Positions 26,778 through 37,460 of a stretch of 64,000 bases of DNA are shown one piece after another. The position numbers and the translations under genes were made by a program. Numbering within the stretch: the stretch's first letter is position 1; the number at the start of each line of letters is the position of its first letter. The notes under the pieces are model-generated. The model ran no database searches, was not told the DNA's origin, and saw only the letters and a list, made by a program, of their open reading frames with translations. Source of the stretch: a virus. Taxonomy: Duplodnaviria; Caudoviricetes. The stretch spans positions 1 to 64,000 of IMG/VR virus record IMGVR_UViG_2791354790_000006. One strand, written 5' to 3'.

Positions 26778-28357
26778 CGACGATGACGCCGGACAGAACA
26801 CTCACCAGTCAGTCCGCTGCGGCTATCCTGTCGGGCGAGTTCGACAAAAGCCAGCTACTGCTTCCCTACCAGAAGCGGTGGATTGCCGACTCCTCTCAAC
26901 TGAAGATTGCCGAGAAGTCGCGTCGTACCGGTCTGACCTGGGCGGAAGCGGCTGACGCGGCCCTCAACGGCTCAATGTCGGTGGAGGCTGGCGGGTGCGA
27001 CACGTTCTACGTCGGCACAACGAAAGACATGGCCCGTGAGTTTATTGATGCCTGTGCCATGTGGGCGAAAGCCTATGACCGCGCCGCGTCTGGCATTGGT
27101 GAAGAAGTGCTGAAGGATGAAGACAAAGACATCCTGGTCTATGTCATCCAGTTCGCCAGTGGCTACAAAATCAAGGCGCTGTCGTCTAACCCGTCGAACC
27201 TGCGTGGTATGCAGGGTAACGTCATCATTGACGAGGCCGCATTCCAGGCTGACCTTGCAGCGGTACTCAAGGCGGCGCTGGCGCTGACAATGTGGGGGAA
27301 TAATGTTCGCCTTATTTCCACCCACAACGGTATTGATAACCTGTTTAACACCATCATTACCGACAGCCGGGCCGGGAAAAAACGCTACTCTGTCCATCAC
27401 GTCGATATTGAAACGGCCATTGCTGAGGGGCTGTATCAGCGCATCTGTCAGGTCACAAAAAAAGTCTGGTCTGTGGAAGCCGAAGCGGAATGGCTGGCTA
27501 ACCTGCTGAGCGACACGGCTACAGAGGAAGATGCCCGCGAGGAATACTACTGCGAGCCGAAGAACGGCGGTGGCGTCTATATCGCACGTTCCCTGCGCGA
27601 ACGCGCGGCCAGAGGTCCGACCGTTGTCCTGCGCTTCACTGGTACGGCTGATTTTAACGCGATGCCGGACGGGCTGCGCCGTGTGGACATGCAGGAATGG
27701 CTGGAGACGGTCGTACTTCCCGAACTGGAGAAACTGCCGCAGAACCTGCGCCACTGTCTGGGGGAAGACTTTGCGCGTAATGGTGACCTGACCGTGTTTG
27801 CACCGGTGACAGTCAACGATGACACGACGCGCAACGTCCCGTTCCTGGTGGAACTCAGCAATGTGCCATTTAAACAGCAGGAGCAGGCGCTGTTTTATAT
27901 CTGTGACAGGCTTCCCCGCCGTGACGGCATCAAGCTCGATGCGCGGGGTAACGGTCAGTATCTGGCAGAACAGGCGGCGGAAAAATACGGTGATGAAGTT
28001 GAGCAGGTGCAGCTTTCCGTCAAATACTACCGGGAAAACATGCCCCGGTTCCGTGCGGCATTCGAAGACAATGAACTGGTACTGCCAAAACATGAAGATG
28101 TGATCACCGACCTCGGCGCAATTCAGCTTTATCGCGGCGTACCTGGCATTGATGATGCACGCACTACCGGCACCGATGGCCGCAAGCGTCACGGTGACTC
28201 CGCTATCGCTATTTTTCTCGGTTTCCTCGCCAGTCGCGAGGACTGCCGGCGTTATGAAGTCTACAAGTTAAAGAAACCTTCCCGCCCCGATGAGCGTAAT
28301 GAACACCGTCAGGTCCGCATCACACGGGGTCTTAAAAATCAGCGGGGATTACTCTGA
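26774..28357 (+). CDS. Terminase large subunit (Mu gp28)
   Basis: EKSRRTGLT, VIIDEAAF, GEDFAR and HGDSAIA motifs. Confidence 0.93.
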   Translation: MTTMTPDRTLTSQSAAAILSGEFDKSQLLLPYQKRWIADSSQLKIAEKSRRTGLTWAEAADAALNGSMSVEAGGCDTFYVGTTKDMAREFIDACAMWAKAYDRAASGIGEEVLKDEDKDILVYVIQFASGYKIKALSSNPSNLRGMQGNVIIDEAAFQADLAAVLKAALALTMWGNNVRLISTHNGIDNLFNTIITDSRAGKKRYSVHHVDIETAIAEGLYQRICQVTKKVWSVEAEAEWLANLLSDTATEEDAREEYYCEPKNGGGVYIARSLRERAARGPTVVLRFTGTADFNAMPDGLRRVDMQEWLETVVLPELEKLPQNLRHCLGEDFARNGDLTVFAPVTVNDDTTRNVPFLVELSNVPFKQQEQALFYICDRLPRRDGIKLDARGNGQYLAEQAAEKYGDEVEQVQLSVKYYRENMPRFRAAFEDNELVLPKHEDVITDLGAIQLYRGVPGIDDARTTGTDGRKRHGDSAIAIFLGFLASREDCRRYEVYKLKKPSRPDERNEHRQVRITRGLKNQRGLL

Positions 28358-29925
28358 TGTTTAAACAACTAACCGGAGCCGTTCGTCGGCTGTTCAGTCC
28401 TGCCACGGGGGAAGTTGTCACCGTGAACAAGGACGAGCTGAAACAGACGCAATCCGCAGCGGCGGTAATGAGTGTACGTTCCCCCTCGGCAGGTATCAGC
28501 GTTGCCAGTACGCTGAGTCCCGGCAGGCTTGCGGGGATTTTACGTAATGCAGCCGATGGTCATGCCCGTGATTTCTTCATCATGGCGGAGGAACTGGAGG
28601 AACGTGACCTCCACTACGCCAGCGTTTTACGTACGCGCAAGCTGACGGTTTCCGGGATTGAACCTTCGGTGGAGGCCGGGAGCGATTCCCCTCGTGATGT
28701 GGAAATCGCAGATGATATCCGTAATCTCATGGCGCAACCGCAGGTTCCTGAACTGCTGTTCGATCTGCTGGACGGGCTTGGTAAAGGGGTTGGTGTCTGC
28801 GAAATCCTCTGGAATACCAGCACCACACTCTGGAAACCCCGCGATTATGAATGGGTTGATCCGCGCTTTCTGAAACCTGACCGGGAAACCCTGCGTGATT
28901 TCAGGCTACTGACGGACAGGAACCCCATTGATGGTGAACCATTGTCACCGGGGAAATTTATCGTCCATAAACCCCGCCTGAAATCCGGTTTGCCCTTGCG
29001 TAACGGTCTGGCGCGTCTGGTGGCCGTTATGTATATGCTCAAGTCCTACACCGTCCGGGACTGGTGGGCGTTTGCTGAAAAATTTGGTATCCCGATTGTA
29101 GTGGGTAAATACGGCAACAATGCCAGCCCGGAACAAATCCAGACATTGCTGGATGCGATTGCATCACTGGCATCAGATGCCGGCTGCGCAATCCCCGATT
29201 CGATGAAACTGGAGATGCAGGAAGCGGCGAGCCGTAACAGCGGTGGCACTCTCTTTAAAGAGATGGCCGAATGGTGTGACGCGCAGATTAGTAAGGCCGT
29301 ACTGGGGCAGACCATGACCACCGATGACGGCAGTTCACGTGCTCAGGCGGAAGTCCACAATGGTGTGCGTATGGACATCGCCAAATGGGATGCCTGGCAG
29401 TTATCCAACACGCTGTCTGAATTCCTTGTCCGTCCCTATGTGGATATGAATTACGGGCCACAGGAGCATTACCCCCGCGTCGTTCTGCGCATCAGCAAAC
29501 CGGAAGACCTTAAGGTACTGGTGGATGCACTGTCGCCACTGATTGACCGGGGTATGGAAGTTCAGATGTCAGAGATCCGTGACAAATTCGGGCTGTCTGA
29601 ACCGGAGAAAGGCGCAAAAATTCTGACACCAACGGCGCAAATGGCTAACCCACTACCGGCCATGAACCGTGAGCAGACTGCACTTAACCGCAGCCAGCCT
29701 GACGCCCTTGATATGATGGTGGATGACGCCATGAAAGACTGGCAGCGTACCGGCGATGCGTTCACCAGTCCGGTGCTTGCGCTGGCAAAGAACTCTGACA
29801 GTTTTGAATCTTTTCTCGCTGGTCTGCCGGCGCTTCAGAAAGAACTTAATGCGGATGAGTTTGCGACGCAACTGGCGATGCTCTGTTTTAAAGCCCGGTC
29901 GCTGGGAGATGTAAACGATGGCTAA
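28357..29925 (+). CDS. Portal protein (Mu gp29/DUF935)
   Basis: FAEKFGIP...ISKAVLGQTMTT...AEVH. Confidence 0.92.
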   Translation: MFKQLTGAVRRLFSPATGEVVTVNKDELKQTQSAAAVMSVRSPSAGISVASTLSPGRLAGILRNAADGHARDFFIMAEELEERDLHYASVLRTRKLTVSGIEPSVEAGSDSPRDVEIADDIRNLMAQPQVPELLFDLLDGLGKGVGVCEILWNTSTTLWKPRDYEWVDPRFLKPDRETLRDFRLLTDRNPIDGEPLSPGKFIVHKPRLKSGLPLRNGLARLVAVMYMLKSYTVRDWWAFAEKFGIPIVVGKYGNNASPEQIQTLLDAIASLASDAGCAIPDSMKLEMQEAASRNSGGTLFKEMAEWCDAQISKAVLGQTMTTDDGSSRAQAEVHNGVRMDIAKWDAWQLSNTLSEFLVRPYVDMNYGPQEHYPRVVLRISKPEDLKVLVDALSPLIDRGMEVQMSEIRDKFGLSEPEKGAKILTPTAQMANPLPAMNREQTALNRSQPDALDMMVDDAMKDWQRTGDAFTSPVLALAKNSDSFESFLAGLPALQKELNADEFATQLAMLCFKARSLGDVNDG

Positions 29926-30712
29926 GCCGGTCAGCGATAAATACAGCATTATTCCCCAGGAAGCACTGGCCTGGCTGAAGGCGAAAAAGCTGAAGCCGGG
30001 ATTTGATTACCGTGATGTCTGGATGGAAGAACACAGCATCGGCTTTACTGTGGCAAAAATGACGCAGCTTGATTTGCTGGCGGACGTTCGCCAACTCGTG
30101 GAGGACGCACTGGAGAACGGCCAGACCTTTGAGCAGTTTCGCGAGGTTCTTAAACCTATGCTGGTCAAACGTGGATGGTGGGGACAGCAACTGATGGATG
30201 ACCCCCTGACCGGTGAAACCCGTACTGTCCAGCTCGGCAGTGACCGCCGGATGCGCGTTATCTATGACACTAATATGCGGACCGCCCGCGCGGCGGGACA
30301 ATGGCAGCGTATTGAACGGACCCAACGGGCAATGCCTTATCTTGTCTACACCGTCGGACCCTCACGTGAGCACCGTGCAGAACATCTGCGCTGGAAGGAT
30401 GTCTGTCTACCGGTGGACCATCCCTTCTGGCGAACACACATGGGGCCGAACGGCTGGGGCTGCAAATGCGGTGCACGGCAAGTCAGCCGGTATGAGTATG
30501 AGCAGATGAAGGCCAACGGCACTATCAACACGGAAGCCCCTGAAGTCCGCACGGTCAGGTGGGTTAACAAACGCACCGGCGAAGAAGAGACCATTCCGGA
30601 GGGGATTGATCCCGGCTGGGCGTACAACCCCGGAATCTCCCGCAGTCGCGAGCTGGATGAACAGCTACGCAGAAAACAGGACGCGTTTGACAGTCATTCG
30701 CCACAAAGATAA
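29918..30712 (+). CDS. Minor head morphogenesis protein (Mu F/gp30)
   Basis: FTVAK, IYDTNMRTA, PNGWGCKC and GWAYNPG motifs. Confidence 0.9.
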   Translation: MAKPVSDKYSIIPQEALAWLKAKKLKPGFDYRDVWMEEHSIGFTVAKMTQLDLLADVRQLVEDALENGQTFEQFREVLKPMLVKRGWWGQQLMDDPLTGETRTVQLGSDRRMRVIYDTNMRTARAAGQWQRIERTQRAMPYLVYTVGPSREHRAEHLRWKDVCLPVDHPFWRTHMGPNGWGCKCGARQVSRYEYEQMKANGTINTEAPEVRTVRWVNKRTGEEETIPEGIDPGWAYNPGISRSRELDEQLRRKQDAFDSHSPQR

Positions 30713-30834
30713 AAATCATCCCACAACGCGCGTGGCGGCATTAACGATTATTACGTCATGACGGCATATGAAAAAATCGTTAAACGCGCCACAGCGTTTT
30801 TAAACGTGTTTTAAACGCGGTTTCATGCCGCGTT

Positions 30835-30882
30835 TACAGTGAAGCCGGTTAATCCACCTGCATCCCCGTTTCCCCCCACACT
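30835..30882 (+). promoter_or_regulatory. Putative activator-dependent late promoter (PI)
   Basis: TACAGTGAAGCCGGTTAATCC (second copy of 22861 motif) with CACACT 21 nt downstream. Confidence 0.7.
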
Positions 30883-30915
30883 GTCCGGAAGTAAACAACG
30901 TGACCGGACAACACC

Positions 30916-31872
30916 ATGAACCCGAACAATACGGAACTGCTGGCGCTCTGCTTTCAGCTTCCTGACCTTACCGATGATGCATTGCCTGAATGGCTGCCGA
31001 TGATACCGGCGGGAACCTTTACAGGGCGTGATGGCCGTTCATGGGTGAACAATAATCCTGAAGCCATCATTCGTGCCTCGATGGCTTATCCAAAGCTCCC
31101 GTTTGATATCGAGCACTCCACCGAACTGAAAGGCCCGAAAGGCGATGAAGCCCCGGCTTATGGCTGGATTGACGGCTATCGCGTCAGTGATGGCGTGGTG
31201 GAGGCGCACGTTGAATGGACTGATGACGGCGTGGCGCAGCTGCGCGGCAAGAAGTATCTCTATTACAGTCCGGCCTTTCGGTTCACTGCGGACGGTCAGG
31301 TCACCCGCCTGTCCAGCGCCGCGCTGACCAACAAACCCAACCTTGATTTACCCGCACTCAACTCTGAGGAAAACACGATGACCGTACCTGTCCAGATTGT
31401 GACAGTACTTGGCCTCGCGGCCACTGCCACAGCAGACGACGCAGTAAAAGCCATTCAGCAGATTAAGACCGCCGAGCAGGTGGCGCTTAACCGCGCTGAG
31501 AATCCTGACCTGACGAAATTCATTCCGGTAGAGACCCACCAGTTAGCACTTAACCGTGCGGAAAGTGCTGAAAGCAAACTCAATGAGATTGCCATCAAAG
31601 AATCAGAAGCTCTGGTGGACAGTGCCATCGAGTCGGGGAAAGTCGCACCGGCTAACCGCGAAATGTATCTCGCCACCTGCCGCTCTGAAGAAGGCCGCCA
31701 GCGATTCTCTGAATTCGTGAAAGCGGCACCGGTCATTGTCAGCAAGACCACGACGACCAAAAAAGAAAGCACCGAAGGTCACGCCTCGCTTTCTGACGAA
31801 GACCTCGCGATGTGCCGCCATATGGGCATCAGCGAAGAAGAATTCCTTTCCGTTCGTAAGCAGGAGAAATAA
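30916..31872 (+). CDS. Prohead protease I with in-frame internal scaffold (Z) start at 31378
   Basis: DIEH, YYSPAF and ALTNKPNL motifs; GAGGA RBS before in-frame ATG 31378; repeated ALN cleavage-like motifs. Confidence 0.9.
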   Translation: MNPNNTELLALCFQLPDLTDDALPEWLPMIPAGTFTGRDGRSWVNNNPEAIIRASMAYPKLPFDIEHSTELKGPKGDEAPAYGWIDGYRVSDGVVEAHVEWTDDGVAQLRGKKYLYYSPAFRFTADGQVTRLSSAALTNKPNLDLPALNSEENTMTVPVQIVTVLGLAATATADDAVKAIQQIKTAEQVALNRAENPDLTKFIPVETHQLALNRAESAESKLNEIAIKESEALVDSAIESGKVAPANREMYLATCRSEEGRQRFSEFVKAAPVIVSKTTTTKKESTEGHASLSDEDLAMCRHMGISEEEFLSVRKQEK

Positions 31873-31875
31873 TTC

Positions 31876-32769
31876 ATGCAGGTATCCGCAGAAGTATTGC
31901 ATGCCCTGACCACCGCACTGAGCGCCGCCTTTACCAAAGGTGTTGGTCGTGTCAATCCGCAGTATCGATCCATCGCCACGGTTATCCCCAGTTCCGGCGC
32001 ATCTAACACTTATGGCTGGGTTGAAGACTTCCCGACCATCAAAGAATGGATCGGGGCGCGTCAACTGAAAGAACTGGCTCAGGCCGGGTATGTCATTACC
32101 AACAAGACCTGGGAAAACTCGGTCAAGGTTAAGCGTGAAAAAATCGAGGACGATCAGATTGGTCAGTATTCCGTGATTGCTGAGCAGCTTGGCCGCGATA
32201 CCACGATTTTCCCGGACAAACTGTCGTTTGAGTTGCTGTGCAAAGGCTTCGATACGCTGTGCTGGGATGGTCAGTATTTCTTCGATACCGATCACCCTGT
32301 TGGTACATCCACCAAATCGAACGTTGTGGGCGACCCGGCGACCGATACGGGTGAGCCGTGGTTCCTGATTGATGCAACGCATGCGCTGCTGCCCATCATT
32401 TATCAGGAACGCCGTCCGTTTAACTTCATCGCCCTTGATGATCTCACCAGCGAGCGCGTGTTCCTTCAGAACGAATTCGCCTACGGGACCGATGGCCGCA
32501 GCAACGTTGGTTTTGGTTTCTGGCAGACCTGTGTGGGATCAAAAGCCGCACTGAACAAAGCGAACTATGAAGCCGCCGTCTCCGCAATGATGGGTATCAC
32601 GGACTCTAACGGCGAACCTCTGGGCATGAATCCGACATTGCTGGTCGTCGGTAAGAATAACCGTGGTGCGGCCAAAGCGCTGATTGAAGCGGTTACGGCT
32701 GATGGTGGCGGTTCAAACATCTATTACAAGGATGTTGATCTGCTGGTCTCTCCTTACGTCAAAGCATGA
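31876..32769 (+). CDS. Major head subunit (Mu T)
   Basis: YGW...EWIG.R...DGQYFFDTDHPV...GFWQ. Confidence 0.93.
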   Translation: MQVSAEVLHALTTALSAAFTKGVGRVNPQYRSIATVIPSSGASNTYGWVEDFPTIKEWIGARQLKELAQAGYVITNKTWENSVKVKREKIEDDQIGQYSVIAEQLGRDTTIFPDKLSFELLCKGFDTLCWDGQYFFDTDHPVGTSTKSNVVGDPATDTGEPWFLIDATHALLPIIYQERRPFNFIALDDLTSERVFLQNEFAYGTDGRSNVGFGFWQTCVGSKAALNKANYEAAVSAMMGITDSNGEPLGMNPTLLVVGKNNRGAAKALIEAVTADGGGSNIYYKDVDLLVSPYVKA

Positions 32770-32852
32770 CGTCATTACGTAAAAAATCACGTAACGCCGG
32801 ATTAAGGAGGGGTTAACCCTCCTTTAAACCCACCCTGAATGAGGTTTAAAAA

Positions 32853-33446
32853 GTGAGTGGAAAAGTTAATAAGTCAGCCGCTGGTAAGACCGGAACCACT
32901 TCGGAAAAGAAAGCCGACAAAGCAACGAAGAATACGACTGTCCCGGCGCAACCGACACCGGTGGCACCAGTTATTACTGATGACAGTCAGACATCACAAC
33001 CGACGGTTGCAGCTTCAGATGTCGCATCTGACCCGGAACCTGTACCCGGTGACGGTGGAATAACGGCTATCCCGGCCACAGTCAGCCTTGTCACCATGCC
33101 GGGCGAGAACACGGGTGATGACCTGAGAAAACATCTCTGGCAGGAAACGCTGGCACATGACCATTCAGAGGCTGTTCGCATTGCTGAAAATGTCGTGGTG
33201 CTGGAGGTCCGCGCCATTCCTGAAAATGGTTTTCACCGGGCAGGCCGATTCTGGCCGCACGATACGGTGCATGTGTTTGTCAGCGATAACCCGGATGAAC
33301 AGATTCTGGAAGATGCCGGTGGTAAGCCGCTACAGGGTTGCGTGATCAGCACCGACACAGCCCTGCGTCTGAAGGCTGAAAAGATGCTGATTGTGACCGA
33401 ACTGGCGACCATTGCCGGGACTGAAGCCAACGTGGAGAGCGAATAA
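32853..33446 (+). CDS. Mu gp35/HI1506-like protein
   Basis: GFHRAGRFW motif; low-complexity N-terminus; follows capsid gene. Confidence 0.65.
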   Translation: MSGKVNKSAAGKTGTTSEKKADKATKNTTVPAQPTPVAPVITDDSQTSQPTVAASDVASDPEPVPGDGGITAIPATVSLVTMPGENTGDDLRKHLWQETLAHDHSEAVRIAENVVVLEVRAIPENGFHRAGRFWPHDTVHVFVSDNPDEQILEDAGGKPLQGCVISTDTALRLKAEKMLIVTELATIAGTEANVESE

Positions 33447-33886
33447 TGGGCATCTACGTAACGCGTGAAGACCTGCTGGCAACCGATGGTGACCGCGTCT
33501 GGAACATGGCAATCAACAAAGAGACGCAGCAGCTTGACGAAGAAAAGATCCAGCGTGCGATTGATGATACTGATGCAGAAATTAATTCCTTTCTGGCAAA
33601 GCGTTATCAGTTGCCGCTGAACCTTCCGATCCTGCCGAGTCCGTTGCGCCGGGCGGCGGTTTCCATCGCGTTCTACTGGCTGTCTGAACGGGACCATCAG
33701 ATCACCGATGAAATCCAGAAGCGTTACGACGAAGCCCTCCGCACCCTGCGTGAAATCGCCAACGGCACCCGTGACCTCGGTGTGCCGTCTGACACCCCGG
33801 TCCCTGAGACCGACACTGGAAAGCTGATCATCGTCAGTGAAAACCGTCGTCTGTTCACCCGTAACAACCTGAAAGGGGTGCTGTGA
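33446..33886 (+). CDS. Head-tail connector (Mu gp36/DUF1320)
   Basis: YVTREDL...INSFLAKRYQLPL...RYDEALRTL. Confidence 0.88.
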   Translation: MGIYVTREDLLATDGDRVWNMAINKETQQLDEEKIQRAIDDTDAEINSFLAKRYQLPLNLPILPSPLRRAAVSIAFYWLSERDHQITDEIQKRYDEALRTLREIANGTRDLGVPSDTPVPETDTGKLIIVSENRRLFTRNNLKGVL

Positions 33887-34428
33887 TGGGAATTACTGTC
33901 GAGGTCAGAGGAGACCAGAAGCTTCAGGACATTCGCCGTGCGATTGAGCGACTGGCTGACCAGTCGCTGCAACAGGAGCTACTGGAGAGCATTGGCGCTG
34001 TGGTGGAGTCACAGACCCGCCGACGTATCTCCAGCGAGAAATCCAGTCCTGCCGGTGAGAAGTGGCAGGACTGGTCTGACAGCTACGCGAAAACCCGACA
34101 CAGCAACCAGAGTCTGTTACAGGGCAACGGCGACCTGCTCGACAGTATCCAGTATGTGGTCAGCGGCTCTGTCGTTCGTGTGGGTACGCCGCTTGATTAT
34201 GGCCGGACGCATAACGAGGGTTTTTCCGGCTCGGTGTCTGTGTCAGCCCATAAGCGCCTCATCTCACAGGCATTTGGTCGGGCGCTTAAACACGGGGTAT
34301 GGCAAACCGTGGGGGCGCATAAACGTATGTTAAACATCCCGCAGCGTGAATTCCTCGGCCTGTCCTCCGGGAACAGTCAGGAACTGCTGCACGTCATCGG
34401 GGATTTCTGGAATGAGGTTCTGCAATGA
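33883..34428 (+). CDS. Virion morphogenesis/tail completion protein (Mu G)
   Basis: GDLLDSI...YGRTHNEG...IPQREFLG. Confidence 0.88.
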   Translation: MMGITVEVRGDQKLQDIRRAIERLADQSLQQELLESIGAVVESQTRRRISSEKSSPAGEKWQDWSDSYAKTRHSNQSLLQGNGDLLDSIQYVVSGSVVRVGTPLDYGRTHNEGFSGSVSVSAHKRLISQAFGRALKHGVWQTVGAHKRMLNIPQREFLGLSSGNSQELLHVIGDFWNEVLQ

Positions 34429-35048
34429 GTGAGCGTCCGGCATTTGTCACCCTGGGCAGCACGGTCAGTGCCGCCGAGAATATTGTTAACTGGCTGAAAG
34501 CTGAACTTGAGGGTGAAAAACAACCAGACCGGGTTGAAAAGTTGGAACGTCACATCGGTCAGTTTAACACCCCGGAACAGGTCAAAAGCTATATGTCCGG
34601 GCGTGGCGGCAGTATCCGTATAGCAGCCTTGCGGGTCAGAAACATCCAGAACCGTCGCGGCATGACCGGCCTTGTGACCTGGGCGGCCTACATCATGATG
34701 GCTGATTTCTGGGGATACCCGCGCGATGCCCGCTGTGAGGTTATCGCCGGACGCCTTGCCCGTCGTATCAGTTGTCGTGAAGCGGCTGCGGGCATGAAGG
34801 CTGAGCGTATGGCTGAGAACATTGCCGCTGAAAACCTCTGGTCGGGTGGCCTGGACAATCTCGGGATCACCATGTGGGCCGTTACATGGGAACAGGAATT
34901 CCGTCTTGATGATGAGATAGACCTGTCCACGCTGCCGGAATTCCTGCGACTGGGTGCAACCATTGTGGTGAACGGACAGCCGGTAAGCGATGAGCCGCAA
35001 ATCATAAACGTAAGAGAAGGACAGACTGATGACAAAGAAAATGATTAA
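34425..35048 (+). CDS. Tail terminator (Mu gp37-like)
   Basis: Position; AENLWS...WAVTWEQ. Confidence 0.7.
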   Translation: MSERPAFVTLGSTVSAAENIVNWLKAELEGEKQPDRVEKLERHIGQFNTPEQVKSYMSGRGGSIRIAALRVRNIQNRRGMTGLVTWAAYIMMADFWGYPRDARCEVIAGRLARRISCREAAAGMKAERMAENIAAENLWSGGLDNLGITMWAVTWEQEFRLDDEIDLSTLPEFLRLGATIVVNGQPVSDEPQIINVREGQTDDKEND

Positions 35049-35217
35049 GCCATCACGGGCGGGCCTGCTCGTTCGTAAGGCTGATGGCAGTCACCTTGCC
35101 GCTGATGGCGAGACACTGCCGGTCAATGCGTACTGGCTGCGCCGTGAAAAAGAAGGCGATGTGAATATCACTGAGCCACCGAAGTCCCGCACATCTAAAA
35201 CCGATAAGGAGGCATGA
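35029..35217 (+). CDS. DUF2635 (Mu gp38-like) protein
   Basis: YWLRREKEGDV motif just before sheath. Confidence 0.85.
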   Translation: MTKKMIKPSRAGLLVRKADGSHLAADGETLPVNAYWLRREKEGDVNITEPPKSRTSKTDKEA

Positions 35218-36695
35218 TGTCCATCGGTAATATTCCTGATGATATTCGTGTCCCGCTGGTCTGGATCGATATCGATAACTCTATGGCGATGAGTGCCGCG
35301 CCGGCACAGTCCCGAAAAATTCTGGTTGTGGGTCAGCAGCTCGCCAGCGCGACTGCTTTACCGTTGACGCTGAATCGTATTACTGGCGACAGCATGGCCG
35401 ATGAACTCTATGGCCGTGGCTCGATGCTGGGTGAAATGGCAAAGATGGTCCGTAAGGCCAACAGCTACACCGAGATGTATGCGATGGGACTGGAGGATAT
35501 TGCCCAGGGCGCCGCAGCGAGTGCCACAGTCACGATGCTCGGCACCGCCACTCAGGCCGGTACACTGGCACTGATGATCAATGGCGTGTCTGTCCAGGTC
35601 GGGGTCAGCATCGGTGATGAAGCGGAAACCATTGCCGGCAATATCATCACTGCGATTACCGCAAAGCCTGCCACTCAGGTCACCGCCACAGCAAAAGCTG
35701 AGGCTGCTGCAACGGTAGTGCTGACCGTGAAGTGGAAAGGTGTCACGGGAAATGACAGCGATGTGCGCCTGAACTATTACGCCGGAGAAAAAACACCTGC
35801 CGGCATCAGTGCAACACTGACTGCATTTTCGGGTGGCACGGGGACGCCGGATATTCAGGCGGTTGTCGCTGCGCTGGGAGATGACTGGTACACGGATATC
35901 ATCTTCCCGTACCTCGATACCCAGAGCCTGAACACTATCCGTGACGAACTGCTGGAGCGCTGGGGACCGCTCAAAATGATGGAGGCTTTGCTGTGGTCTG
36001 CTTATCGCGGAACACATGCCCAGAGCGGTACATTCGGACATACCCGCAATGACTGGCTGATTTCCTGTATTGGCACCAACATCGCACCTGAACCGTCATG
36101 GTTATGGGCCGCCAGCTACGGCGCAACGGCGGCATACCAGTTGGCCCTTGACCCGGCCCGTCCTCTCCAGACTCTGATCCTGAGCGGCATTAAGCCGCCC
36201 GCTCGCGGTATCCGCTGGGATATGCCGGAGCGTAACCTGCTGCTGCATGACGGTATCGCCACGCACTTTGTCGATGCCGGAGATAACGTCTGTATTGAGC
36301 GCGAAATCACCATGTACCGCGTTAACCGCTATGGCGATACTGACATTTCATACCTCGATGTGCAGTCGCCGGCAACGCTTGGCCGTATCCGCTATGTCAT
36401 CAAAAACCGTTTCACCAGTCGCTACCCACGCCACAAGCTGGCAGGTGATGACGTGCTTGATTTGCTCGATGCCGGTCAGCCAGTCATGACGCCAAAAATC
36501 TGTCGGGCTGAGTTACTGGATATTGCGCTGACGGAGCTTATCCCGGCAGGTCTGGTGGAGGATTTCGAGGATTATAAAGACACGCTTGATGTCACCATCG
36601 ACAGCAAAGACCCAAACCGTCTGAACTTTATCTGCCACCCGAATCTGGTGAATCAGTTGCGCGTTCTGGCCGGTCTCATCCAGTTCAAACTTTAA
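35214..36695 (+). CDS. Tail sheath protein (Mu L)
   Basis: IPDDIRVPL, DPARPLQTL and RYPRHKLA motifs. Confidence 0.93.
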   Translation: MMSIGNIPDDIRVPLVWIDIDNSMAMSAAPAQSRKILVVGQQLASATALPLTLNRITGDSMADELYGRGSMLGEMAKMVRKANSYTEMYAMGLEDIAQGAAASATVTMLGTATQAGTLALMINGVSVQVGVSIGDEAETIAGNIITAITAKPATQVTATAKAEAAATVVLTVKWKGVTGNDSDVRLNYYAGEKTPAGISATLTAFSGGTGTPDIQAVVAALGDDWYTDIIFPYLDTQSLNTIRDELLERWGPLKMMEALLWSAYRGTHAQSGTFGHTRNDWLISCIGTNIAPEPSWLWAASYGATAAYQLALDPARPLQTLILSGIKPPARGIRWDMPERNLLLHDGIATHFVDAGDNVCIEREITMYRVNRYGDTDISYLDVQSPATLGRIRYVIKNRFTSRYPRHKLAGDDVLDLLDAGQPVMTPKICRAELLDIALTELIPAGLVEDFEDYKDTLDVTIDSKDPNRLNFICHPNLVNQLRVLAGLIQFKL

Positions 36696-36704
36696 GGAGC
36701 CAGC

Positions 36705-37061
36705 ATGGCAAATATTCTGGGTATGGCGGCGATTCGTATTAATGGCCGTGAAATCAAAACTGAAGGCAAATCCACCCTGAATCCGGGAGGCTATGCCCGC
36801 CAGCAACACATGGGCGGCGGTAAAGTCTGGGGTAATTCCCGCAAGATGGCGGCCCCCTCCATCAAGCTGACCATTGCTGCGGATCGCGATGTCGATGTGA
36901 TTGAAATCAGTAACTGGGAGGACGTGACCATCATGTTCTACGGTGACAACGGTCTCAATTACATGATGACCGGCGCGGCCACCGATAACCCGGCAGAACT
37001 GGACGAAGACGCGGGGACGGTCTCGGCTAACTTCATCGGCGTCAAGTGTGTGAAGGTGTAA
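36705..37061 (+). CDS. Tail tube protein (Mu M)
   Basis: 118 aa after sheath; LNPGG..R motif. Confidence 0.85.
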   Translation: MANILGMAAIRINGREIKTEGKSTLNPGGYARQQHMGGGKVWGNSRKMAAPSIKLTIAADRDVDVIEISNWEDVTIMFYGDNGLNYMMTGAATDNPAELDEDAGTVSANFIGVKCVKV

Positions 37062-37064
37062 GAC

Positions 37065-37460
37065 ATGGCTGAAATGACATTCACTCTGGTACACGGTCTG
37101 CGTACCGGCAAAGGCACTACCGACGAAATGCTTCACAAGGATGTGACGCTTCGCGAGCTGACATCACGGGATGTTATCGAATCACAACTGGCCTCCGAGC
37201 GCGTCGTGATTGGGGATAACGGCAAGGCGGTTGCCTACTGCTCTGAGGTCATGATGGGGCTGGAGATGATGCGCCGGCAGATTAAAAAGATTGGTGAAAT
37301 CCCCGGCCCGCTGGACATGAATCAAATTTATGCTCTGCATCCGGAAGATTTGAAGTTGCTGACAGAAAAGGGTCAGGCGATGGATGACATGCTGGGGGAG
37401 ACTGCTGAACGGGGGCGACATGATGCCGATGGCAGCGGCGCTCAATCTACTGCTGATTAA
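37065..37460 (+). CDS. Tail assembly chaperone (Mu gp41-like)
   Basis: VTLRELT motif; contains GGGGGCGA slip site at 37411-37418. Confidence 0.85.
   Translation: MAEMTFTLVHGLRTGKGTTDEMLHKDVTLRELTSRDVIESQLASERVVIGDNGKAVAYCSEVMMGLEMMRRQIKKIGEIPGPLDMNQIYALHPEDLKLLTEKGQAMDDMLGETAERGRHDADGSGAQSTAD

Noticed and set aside
26972-28192. 406-aa minus-strand ORF and many similar long antisense ORFs (e.g. 31603..32382, 35358..36041, 50490..51170)
   Set aside because: Shadows of well-supported genes on the opposite strand; no RBS or motifs
30713-30834. Palindromic TTTAAA/AAACGCG-rich spacer (also the hairpin at ~32804-32825) as ncRNA
   Set aside because: Short AT palindromes typical of Mu-like intergenic regions; no support for a discrete RNA
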